Positions 18,743 to 28,061 are shown, counted from the first letter of the stretch. The stretch is DNA of 64,000 bases from an uncultured Chloroflexia bacterium (GCA_963700285.1 CAVOXA010000010.1:1312001-1376000); one strand, 5' to 3'. Numbers and translations: made by a program. Notes: generated by a model not told the origin, from the letters alone.

Positions 18743-21549
18743 ATGACGGACGACCTCGCCAGACGCTTGGCCCAACTTCGAGACGCCTACGAGAGCGGGA
18801 TTCTGGACGACGACACCTACCAGGCGACCATGGCTGCCCTTAGTGCGGAGCCTGACGGGACAGCGATACTGGTTGGCTCTGGGGCCGTCGCCCAAAAGGA
18901 CAGCGTCGCGGCTGGTGCCGGCGGCGTGGCCGTAGGCCAAGACGTGGAAGGTCACATCATCTATGCCGAGCAGGGTGCGACCGTCGTCATCGGCGAGGCG
19001 CCCGGTAAAAATGACCGCCGTGGACCGCGAGTCGGCTCTGGGCCGCTACCTGCACCACGTCATCAGCCGCAACCGCTACTTGCAGTTCCAGGGCATCCGC
19101 TCCGGCGGGCGGCTGGTCCACATCGAGCTGGACCGCATCTACGTCACCCTGCGGGCCACCCGGCAGCGAGTGGTCGCAGGTGGAGGATGACTGGCTGGCT
19201 CACGAGGCGGCCCTGGCGCCCGGCGAGTGCCGCCGCTTGCGCAGGGCACGGCCGTCATGGCCTCCACCGAGACCGTGACCGTCAGCGTCAACGAGGCCCT
19301 GGCCGAGCACTCCCGCCTGGTCGTGCTGGGCGACCCTGGCAGCGGCAAGACGACGCTGCTGCGCTACCTGGCCTTGCTCTATGCCCGCGACCTGGCCGAG
19401 GGTTCGACATCTGGTCCGGGACAAGCTGGGGCTGGACGAGAGCGGCCGACTGCCCATTCTGCTGCCCCTGCGCCAGATCGGCGCCTATCTGCAGGCCCAC
19501 CGTGCTGTCGAGGACGGCACCGAGGGCCACGTCCTGCTGCTCGACTTTCTGTTGCGTACGTTGGCAAATGAGCGCATCACGCTTGCCGGCCGACTTTTTC
19601 GACGAGTGGCTGGCCAGGAGGCAAGGCTGTTATCCTGCTGGACGGGCTGGACGAGGTGGCCGATCCCAACCTGCGGCGGCGGGTCTCCGCCTGGTGGAGG
19701 CCTTCACCCGCGCCTATCCTGACTGCCGCTACGTCGTCACCAGCCGCATCGTGGGCTACACCGGCCCGGCCCGCCTGGGCTGAAGGCTACGCCACGACCA
19801 CCGTGCGCGATTTTACGCATGGCCGACGTAGAGCGCTTCCTGGCCAACTGGCACCGCCTGGTGGCCGTGGGCCAGATGGGACCGGGCGACAGCGCCGAAG
19901 CCTACGCCGCCGAGCAGACCCGACCAATTGCTGCGGGCCATTCGGGCCAACGAGCGCATCCGCGAGCTGGCCATCAATCCCCTGATGCTGACCGTCATCG
20001 CCATGGTCCACCGCGACCGGGTCAAGCTGCCCGACCGCCGGGCCGAGCTCTACGCCGAGGCGGTGGATGTGCTGCTGGGCAAGTGGGAGGAGGCCAAGGG
20101 CGTGCAGGAGGTGCCCATCCTGCGAGGGCCAACCCTTTGACACCGGCGACCGGCGGCTGATGCTGCAAAGCGTGGCCCTGCGCATGCACGAGGCGGAGCA
20201 GAAGGAGGTGGCGTCGGCGACCTGCGCCGCTGGCTGGGCGAGATGTTCCACGAGATCGTGGGCGACTGGCGAGCTGCGGAGCGGGCGGTCAACCGCTTCC
20301 TGCATGTCATCGAGGAACGGACCGGTCTGCTGGTGGCCCGTGGCGAGGGGGTCTATGCCTTCTCGCACCTGACCTTCCAGGAGTACCTGGCCGCCCTGGC
20401 CGTGGCCGCGCGGGACGACTACGTGGCCTACACCCTGACCCGCGTCGCCCGATCCCTGGTGGCGAGAGGTGATCCTGCTGGAAGCCGGCTATCTGAGCTA
20501 TGCAGAGCAAGGAGCGCACCACGCGCTTGATCCGGGCCATCGCCGAACTGGAAGAGGAGCCGGAGCCCTTCACAACCTGGTGCTGGCCGCCGAGTGCCTG
20601 CGCGACGTGGGCGTCGAACCGGGTGGAAGGAAGCCTTTGGAGACAGAGGTGCAACAACGGTTGCGGTCCGAGCTGGAGCGCGGTTCGCCCATCGTAGTTT
20701 CGGCGCGTCTCTGGCAGGTTCAGCCACGCGTTGCCTGGGTTCTGACGAGCGTGGCATCTGGCGGCCGATGGCCGCTGAGCCGCATTGAGCAGTGGCCGAT
20801 TCGGCGTCCGATCGCCGTTTTGGACGAGCCCTACGGCGAGCCGGAGTGGGTTGAGATTCCGGCCGGAGAGTTTTGGATGGGAGAGGAGAGAGACGATTCA
20901 CCGTGTTAACCTTGAGACTTTTCGCATCTCCCGCGTGCCCATCACCAACGCCCAGTACCGACTTTTTTGTGGAGGCAATGGGTCACGAATCACCATACCA
21001 TTGGGAGGAAGGCCGCCCGCCCAAAGGGTCGGAGAGCCATCCGGTGGTCAACGTCACCTGGCACGATGCCCTGGCCTATGCCGCTGGCTGAGCGAGGCGA
21101 CTGGCAAGCAATACTACCCTGCCCTCGGAGGCAGAATGGGAAAAGGCGGCGCGGGGGGACGCGGACAAACGGGTATTCCCCTGGGGCGATGCCTTCGAAA
21201 CGACTCGCTGTAACTGTAGGGAACTAGGATTGGGCAATACCACGCCGGTGGGCATCTTTCCCGAGGGGGCCAGTCCCTACGGTGTTTTGGACTTGAGCGG
21301 CAACGTCTGGGAGTGGACGCGGAGCTTATGGGGGTGACCGAGTACTCGGTTCATACCCGTATGATCCAGAGGGATGGGCGTGAGAACCTGCAGGCCGGAG
21401 ATGACGTCCTCCGGGTGGTGCGTGGCGGGTCGTTCGTCAGTGATCAGAGGGGCGTCCGCTGCGCCTACCGCTTCAGGCACGGCCCGGTCAACAGGCGCAA
21501 CTATGTCGGGTTTCGGGTGGTGGTGGCCCCCGTTACCTCTGGTCTCTGA
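18743..21549 (+). CDS. NACHT/STAND NTPase with C-terminal FGE-sulfatase (CLec-fold) domain, receptor 1; many frameshifts
   Basis: SHOCT-like N-terminus, amyloid-like motif, Walker [77 protein letters not shown]...GFRVVV. Confidence 0.85.
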
Positions 21550-21612
21550 CCCTCCGATCTCTGGATCTCTGATCCGCTGTCCTCTGAAATCGCGCCGAAG
21601 GCGCGATCGCCG
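21408..21612 (+). other. DGR variable region 1 + IMH-like tail + hairpin
   Basis: Aligns ungapped (offset 4298) to 25706-25910; mismatches only at codon positions 1-2; hairpin atcgcgcc-gaa-ggcgcgat 21589-21607. Confidence 0.85.
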
Positions 21613-21624
21613 TGGGCGAAATTC

Positions 21625-22055
21625 AGACCTGACAGGTCTCAGAGAGCCGGTTGGTAGACCAGCAGGCCTGCAAAAAGGAGAGCTGCTGGCCGGCGCAGGT
21701 TCTGCTCAAGACCTGTCAGGTCTGAGGGAGCTGGCTGGTAGAGTAGGGGTCCCGAAAAAGGAGAGCTGCTGGCCGGCGCAGGTTCTGCTCAAGACCTGTC
21801 AGGTCTGAGGGAGCTGGCTGGTAGAGTAGGGGTCCCGAAAAAGGAGAGCTGCTGGCCGGCGCAGGTTCTGCTCAAGACCTGTCAGGTCTGAGGGAGCTGG
21901 CTGGTAGAGTAGGGGTCCCGAAAAAGGAGAGCTGCTGGCCGGCGCAGGTTCTGCTCAAGACCTGTCAGGTCTGAGGGAGCTGGCTGGTAGAGTAGGGGTC
22001 CCGAAAAAGGAGATCTGCTGGTCGGCGCAGGCCCTGCTCAAGACCTGACAGGTCT
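21625..22055. repeat. 83-bp tandem array built on the REP palindrome AGACCTG(A/T)CAGGTCT
   Basis: Palindromes at 21625, 21709, 21792, 21875, 21958, 22041; intervening units near-identical (first one diverged). Confidence 0.92.
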
Positions 22056-22071
22056 GTGGAAGGACTCGAGA

Positions 22072-22665
22072 ATGGTTAAACCAGTGCCACTGCAATACGG
22101 CCAAACCTACCACATCTACAGCCGGGGCAACAACCGGGAAACGATCTTTGTCGAGGAGCGCAACTATCGGCACTTTCTGCGTCTCTACGCTCAGCACGTG
22201 CTGCCAATTGCCGACACTTACGCCTACTGCCTGCTGCCCAACCACTTTCACCTTCTCGTGTACATCAAGGAAATGGACCATCCATCAGCTCCAGATCCAA
22301 AGCGATCACCCAGCCAGTACTTCTCCAACCTCTTGAATGCCTATGCCCGCGCCTTCAACAGGGCCTACCGTCGCAGCGGATCCCTCTTCCAGCGCCCGTT
22401 TGGCCGGAAACTGGTGGCATCCGATGGCTACTTCACCTGGCTTATCGCTTACATCCACCAGAATCCCCAAATGCACGGCATTGTCGATGACTTTCGCGGC
22501 TGGGACTACTCTTCCTACCAGGCTCTGAAGTCGAGCCAGCCGACGCGCCTGAGGCGAGAAGAGGTTCAGGCCCTGTTTGGTGGTCCTCGCGCGTTTTCCA
22601 TCTTCCACGAGCAGCAGATCCCATTGGGCCGGGTAGCTCCTCTGGTAGCTGAGGATTTCGACTAG
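22072..22665 (+). mobile_element. REP-associated tyrosine transposase (RAYT, Y1/HUH)
   Basis: YHIYSRGNNR, YCLLPNHFHLL (HUH), GSLFQ, YIHQNP (catalytic Tyr), WDYSSY; flanked by REP palindromes at 22041 and 22670. Confidence 0.85.
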
Positions 22666-22697
22666 CCCCAGACCTGACAGGTCTTTGGAGGTGAACC

Positions 22698-25600
22698 ATG
22701 GACTTTACCTTTGACACCTGGAAAGAAGCAGCCGCAAACAGGCTGCAAAGCCTTGGCGACCGGCTGGAGCGTTTGAAAACACGGGAAGGGCCCTATCTCC
22801 TCTACGGCACCCTCTGCGGGCTGAGCCTCTGGCCGCTGGTGGAAGCGGCACAGTCCGGGCAGTTGCTGCCCGTGATCATGGCCCTGGGCGGCGTTGCCGG
22901 CGGTGTGGGGGGCAACCTCATCGCCGAGCAAATACAGCGCTGGCAGGACCAGGGCGCCGGGGTCAACGAGGAGACGGTCGCCGCCTGGGTGGTGGAAGGG
23001 GCTGCTGGCAACACCGACCTGCGCCAGGCGTTGGATTCGATCCTGGAGCGGCTCGAAGCGGTTCAGAACGCCGAAGCTGCCCTTGCAGTGGACGACCGGC
23101 AGTGGTTCGCGGGCACGCTTCGCGCGGAGATGGCGCAATTGGGCAACCTCCCCCGCTTTGAGGCGACGCTGATCGGCTCAGGGACCATCGCCCAGGACCA
23201 CAGCGTCGCAGCGGGTGCTGGCGGTGTGGCAGTGGGCCGGGATGTGGGCGGGGATGTCGTGATGCCCGGCGCGCACCAGGAAAAGCACTATCACCCTGCG
23301 CCCACGAGCGAGCAGCAGAGACAGCAAGAAAAAGAGGACCTGGACCGCTACCTGCGCAACCTGCAACGCCTTTGCAATGCCCTGCCCCTCGCCGCGATGG
23401 CTGAAGATGAAACAGTTCATCGCCGGGCCGAGGTCACGCTGAACCGGGTCTATATCTCCCTCAACACGACCGCCCGGGTGCCCTTGACGCAGGATGGCCA
23501 GGACCGCCACAGCCGCGAGCGTCCAGGATTTGGCGATAAAGAACGTCCGCTCACCGCGCTGGAGGCAACTGCCCGGGAAGCCCGCCTGGTCATCCTGGGC
23601 GACCCGGGATCCGGCAAATCGACCTTCGTCAACCACCTGGCCTACCTGCTCGCCGGGGCACGGCTGGGCCAGGGCGAGACCCCCGATGGCTGGCCCCACG
23701 GGCCATTGCTGCCCATCCGCATCCTGCTGCGCGAGTTGGCGGCCGTGCTGCCTGGGGATCAAGATCTCCAGGGCCTGCCTGCCGAAAAGCGGGCCGTCAG
23801 ACTCGTGGACGAGATCTGGAGCCACCTGCGACAGGAAACGGCGAGCACCTACCGGGCCGCGGGCGTGCACAGGATCCTGGAGCGAGAGGTAGACCGCTGC
23901 CAGGCCCTGGTCATTTTCGACGGATTGGATGAGGTGGCTCCGGAACGCCGCGGGATGGTCAGGGATGCGGTGGATGCATTTGGCCAGTTGTGTGGCGAGA
24001 ACCGGGTGTTGGTCACCTGCCGCGTGCGCTCGTACAGCAAGGGCGTTTCTCTCGGCTCCTTTGCCAGTGTCACCCTGGCCCCTTTCGAAGGCGACCAGAT
24101 CGAGGAATTTGTGACACGTTGGTATCAGGCTTTGGCAGATCTGGGCACCATCAAAAGCCAGGAGGCTGAAAAGCGGGCCAAGAACCTCCATGAGGCTGTC
24201 CAGCCCATGCAGGAGCTGGCACGCAATCCGCTGCTCCTGACGACGATGGCCGTGGTGCACACCGCCCAGGTGGAGCTGCCGCGCGAACGGGCCCGGCTGT
24301 ACCAGCGCTGCGTGGATGTGTTGCTCCGGCGCTGGCACAAACACAAGGTTGGAGAAGCACCGCTACTGGATCGACTGGGTGTGAGCGAAGCCGAGCTGCT
24401 GGCTGCTCTACGAGAGGTAGCCTACGAGGCTCATCATAGAGGTGGTACAGAAGAGGAAGGAGACCTGCCCCGCAGCTTGGTGCTCAAGATCATGGCCGGG
24501 CACCTGTCTGGGCACTATGGCCGTGCCGAACAGTTTCTGGAGTACGTTGACGCCCGGGCCGGCCTGCTCATCGGCCGGGGCGGGGCGGAGGAGCCGGTCT
24601 ACAGCTTCCCACACCGGACATTCCAGGAATACCTGGCCGGCTGCCACCTGGCGCTGGGCGGCCGGGATTTTGGCCGCCGCCTGCGGCGCCTGTTGGCTGA
24701 AGGCGATCGCTGGGCGCTGGCCTCTCAACTTGGCGCGGAACACCTTCTGTACAACGTCGGCGACGTCACACGCGTCCTGGATGCGAGCTACACCCTCTGT
24801 CCTGTTGCGGAGCCAGACCTGGAGGAAGCCTGGCGAGGGGTAGCTTGGGCCGGGCAGTTTGCCACGGAGGTGGGCCAGCGAAGGGTCGAGCAGGACGAGG
24901 ATGCGCCAGACGGCGGCGCGGCCTTTCTGCGCCGTCTGGTACCCCGGCTCGTCACGATTCTGGCCCAGGAGAAGCTTGGGCCAGTAGAGCGTGCCGCCGC
25001 CGGGCGCGCGCTGGGGGTCTTGGGTGACCCGCGGCCAGGCTTCGGTGTGGATCCCGAGTCTGGGCTTCCCGATCTTGCCTGGTGTGCGGTGCCTGCCGGT
25101 CCTTTCCCCATGGGCAGCGACGACGAGGATGAACTCGCTTTCGACAACGAGAAACCACAGCATGAGGCGGTGATAGCTTACGACTACCGCATTGCCCAGT
25201 ACCCGCTGACCAACCTCCAGTACGCCGCTTTTGTCAGCGCTCAGGGCTATCAAGAACGCGGCTACTGGACCGGGGCCGGCTGGAAATGGAAAGGCGACAA
25301 GACGGATCCACGCACCTTTGGCGGCTCTTTCGACCTGCCCAACCATCCTGTTGTGGGGCTGAGCTGGTATGAGGCTGTGGCCTTCTGCCGCTGGCTCACA
25401 GAAAAGCTGCGTGAGACGGGTGGCATTACTCAGAATGATGAGATCCGGCTGCCCACGGAGGCCGAATGGGAGAAAGCGGCGCGGGGAACCGGCGGGCAGA
25501 CCTACCCCTGGGGTGACGAGTTTGACCCGGCTCGCTGCAACATGTACGACACAGGGATTGGCAACACCAGCGCGGTAGGCGCCTTTCCTGGTAGTGCGTC

Positions 25601-25847
25601 CCCCTATGGCCTTCTGGACACGAGCGGGAACGTGTGGGAGTGGTGCGGCACCAAATGGTGCGAAAGTTATGAGGAGGAGCCTGACGAGTCTCTGGAAGGG
25701 GATGCCCTCCGGGTGGTGCGTGGCGGGTCGTTCGGCCTTAGTCAGAGGCTCGTCCGCTGCGCCTGCCGCTACTGGTACGGCCCGGACGGCTGGGACTACT
25801 ATGTCGGGTTTCGGGTGGTGGTGGCCCCCGTTACCTCTGGTCTCTGA
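22698..25847 (+). CDS. NACHT/STAND NTPase with C-terminal FGE-sulfatase (CLec-fold) domain, receptor 2 (intact, 1049 aa)
   Basis: N-terminal helical domain, amyloid-like motif, [83 protein letters not shown]. Confidence 0.93.
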   Translation: MDFTFDTWKEAAANRLQSLGDRLERLKTREGPYLLYGTLCGLSLWPLVEAAQSGQLLPVIMALGGVAGGVGGNLIAEQIQRWQDQGAGVNEETVAAWVVEGAAGNTDLRQALDSILERLEAVQNAEAALAVDDRQWFAGTLRAEMAQLGNLPRFEATLIGSGTIAQDHSVAAGAGGVAVGRDVGGDVVMPGAHQEKHYHPAPTSEQQRQQEKEDLDRYLRNLQRLCNALPLAAMAEDETVHRRAEVTLNRVYISLNTTARVPLTQDGQDRHSRERPGFGDKERPLTALEATAREARLVILGDPGSGKSTFVNHLAYLLAGARLGQGETPDGWPHGPLLPIRILLRELAAVLPGDQDLQGLPAEKRAVRLVDEIWSHLRQETASTYRAAGVHRILEREVDRCQALVIFDGLDEVAPERRGMVRDAVDAFGQLCGENRVLVTCRVRSYSKGVSLGSFASVTLAPFEGDQIEEFVTRWYQALADLGTIKSQEAEKRAKNLHEAVQPMQELARNPLLLTTMAVVHTAQVELPRERARLYQRCVDVLLRRWHKHKVGEAPLLDRLGVSEAELLAALREVAYEAHHRGGTEEEGDLPRSLVLKIMAGHLSGHYGRAEQFLEYVDARAGLLIGRGGAEEPVYSFPHRTFQEYLAGCHLALGGRDFGRRLRRLLAEGDRWALASQLGAEHLLYNVGDVTRVLDASYTLCPVAEPDLEEAWRGVAWAGQFATEVGQRRVEQDEDAPDGGAAFLRRLVPRLVTILAQEKLGPVERAAAGRALGVLGDPRPGFGVDPESGLPDLAWCAVPAGPFPMGSDDEDELAFDNEKPQHEAVIAYDYRIAQYPLTNLQYAAFVSAQGYQERGYWTGAGWKWKGDKTDPRTFGGSFDLPNHPVVGLSWYEAVAFCRWLTEKLRETGGITQNDEIRLPTEAEWEKAARGTGGQTYPWGDEFDPARCNMYDTGIGNTSAVGAFPGSASPYGLLDTSGNVWEWCGTKWCESYEEEPDESLEGDALRVVRGGSFGLSQRLVRCACRYWYGPDGWDYYVGFRVVVAPVTSGL

Positions 25848-25910
25848 CCCTCCGATCTCTGGATCTCTGATCCGCTGTCCTCTGAAATCGCGCCGAAGGC
25901 GCGATCGCCG
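25706..25910 (+). other. DGR variable region 2 + IMH-like tail + hairpin
   Basis: Partner of 21408-21612; hairpin at 25887-25905. Confidence 0.85.
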
Positions 25911-25922
25911 CGGGCGCAATTC

Positions 25923-25960
25923 GACCAGACAGGTCTTGTTCTGTAAGACCTGTCTGGTCT
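25923..25960. repeat. Variant REP doublet (gaccagacaggtct / agacctgtctggtct)
   Basis: Inverted pair related to AGACCTG(A/T)CAGGTCT, right after the DGR hairpin. Confidence 0.65.
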
Positions 25961-26075
25961 TATTTCTACTGCGCGCCTCTGAATCCAGCCGGCTTCAGCC
26001 TGCGCTGTCCCGTAGCCTGGGGCTGAAGCCTTACCATGAACAGCCCGCGCTTCAGGTCACCCTGACCCCATCACC

Positions 26076-28061
26076 ACGGCGCTGAAGCGCCGACTACGAA
26101 CGGGCTTGAGCCAGACCAGGTCCCGTTCGTAGTGCGCGTTTCAACGCGCTATCTGAGCCGCGGGTCCAGTTTTCAACCAGAACGGCGCTGAAGCGCCGAC
26201 TACGAACGGGCTTGAGCCAGACCAGGTCCCGTTCGTAGTGCGCGTTTCAACGCGCTATCTGAGCCGCGAGTCCAGTTTTCAACCAGAACGGCGCTGAAGC
26301 GCCGACTACGAACGGGCATGAGCCAGACCAGGTCCCGTTCGTAGTGCGCGTTTCAACGCGCTATCTGAGCCGCGGGTCCAGTTTTCAACCAGAACGGCGC
26401 TGAAGCGCCGACTACGAACGGGCATGAGCCAGACCAGGTCCCGTTCGTAGTGCGCGTTTCAACGCGCTATCTGAGCCGCGGGTCCAGTTTTCAACCAGAA
26501 CGGCGCTGAAGCGCCGACTACGAACGGGCTTGAGCCAGACCAGGTCCCGTTCGTAGTGCGCGTTTCAACGCGCTATCTGAGCCGCGGGTCCAGTTTTCAA
26601 CCAGAACGGCGCTGAAGCGCCGACTACGAACGGGCTTGAGCCAGACCAGGTCCCGTTCGTAGTGCGCGTTTCAACGCGCTATCTGAGCCGCGGGTCCAGT
26701 TTTCAACCAGAACGGCGCTGAAGCGCCGACTACGAACGGGCTTGAGCCAGACCAGGTCCCGTTCGTAGTGCGCGTTTCAACGCGCTATCTGAGCCGCGGG
26801 TCCAGTCTTCAACCAGAACGGCGCTGAAGCGCCGACTACGAACGGGCTTGAGCCAGACCAGGTCCCGTTCGTAGTGCGCGTTTCAACGCGCTATCTGAGC
26901 CGCGGGTCCGGTTTTCAACCAGAACGGCGCTGAAGCGCCGACTATGAACGGGCATGAGCCAGACCAGGTCCCGTTCGTAGTGCGCGTTTCAACGCGCTAT
27001 CTGAGCCGCGGGTCCAGTTTTCAACCAGAACGGCGCTGAAGCGCCGACTACGAACGGGTTTGAGCCAGACCAGGTCCCGTTCGTAGTGCGCGTTTCAACG
27101 CGCTATCTGAGCCGCGGGTCCAGTTTTCAACCAGAACGGCGCTGAAGCGCCGACTACGAACGGGCATGAGCCAGACCAGGTCCCGTTCGTAGTGCGCGTT
27201 TCAACGCGCTATCTGAGCCGCGGGTCCAGTTTTCAACCAGAACGGCGCTGAAGCGCCGACTACGAACGGGCATGAGCCAGACCAGGTCCCGTTCGTAGTG
27301 CGCGTTTCAACGCGCTATCTGAGCCGCGAGTCCAGTTTTCAACCAGAACGGCGCTGAAGCGCCGACTACGAACGGGCATGAGCCAGACCAGGTCCCGTTC
27401 GTAGTGCGCGTTTCAACGCGCTATCTGAGCCGCGAGTCCAGTTTTCAACCAGAACGGCGCTGAAGCGCCGACTACGAACGGGCATGAGCCAGACCAGGTC
27501 CCGTTCGTAGTGCGCGTTTCAACGCGCTATCTGAGCCGCGGGTCCAGTTTTCAACCAGAACGGCGCTGAAGCGCCGACTACGAACGGGCTTGAGCCAGAC
27601 CAGGTCCCGTTCGTAGTGCGCGTTTCAACGCGCTATCTGAGCCGCGGGTCCAGTTTTCAACCAGAACGGCGCTGAAGCGCCGACTACGAACGGGTTTGAG
27701 CCAGACCAGGTCCCGTTCGTAGTGCGCGTTTCAACGCGCTATCTGAGCCGCGAGTCCAGTTTTCAACCAGAACGGCGCTGAAGCGCCGACTACGAACGGG
27801 CATGAGCCAGACCAGGTCCCGTTCGTAGTGCGCGTTTCAACGCGCTATCTGAGCCGCGGGTCCAGTTTTCAACCAGAACGGCGCTGAAGCGCCGACTACG
27901 AACGGGCATGAGCCAGACCAGGTCCCGTTCGTAGTGCGCGTTTCAACGCGCTATCTGAGCCGCGGGTCCAGTTTTCAACCAGAACGGCGCTGAAGCGCCG
28001 ACTACGAACGGGCATGAGCCAGACCAGGTCCCGTTCGTAGTGCGCGTTTCAACGCGCTATC
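26076..28061. repeat. 106-bp tandem array (18 full copies + partial 19th) of GTAG-type REP doublets (REPIN/BIME-like)
   Basis: Unit acggcgctgaagcgccgactacgaacggg(c/t)(t/a)tgagccagaccaggtcccgttcgtagtgcgcgtttcaacgcgctatctgagccgcg(g/a)gtccagttttcaaccaga; starts 26076, 26182 ... 27984; no ORFs in the track across 26086-28001. Confidence 0.95.

Noticed and set aside
21625-22055. CRISPR array, or the DGR template repeat
   Set aside because: Inter-palindrome sequences repeat rather than vary; no similarity to the VR and no AAC-rich frame
22072-22665. IS200/IS605 element with TnpB
   Set aside because: No tnpB; YIHQNP/WxYSSY motifs and multiple flanking palindromes fit RAYT better
22698-25847. Formylglycine-generating enzyme maturing the arylsulfatase at 57899-60264
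   Set aside because: FGE fold is fused to NACHT, lacks an evident catalytic Cys pair, has a hypervariable end and lies 32 kb away; more likely a binding domain
24408-25919. Long antisense ORFs (also 10897-12210, 29570-30862, 40806-42245, 49182-50552, 58774-60195, 60437-61765)
   Set aside because: Shadow ORFs of high-GC genes on the opposite strand with no recognisable motifs
26076-28061. CRISPR array
   Set aside because: Whole 106-bp units are near-identical, with no unique spacers and no cas genes in the window
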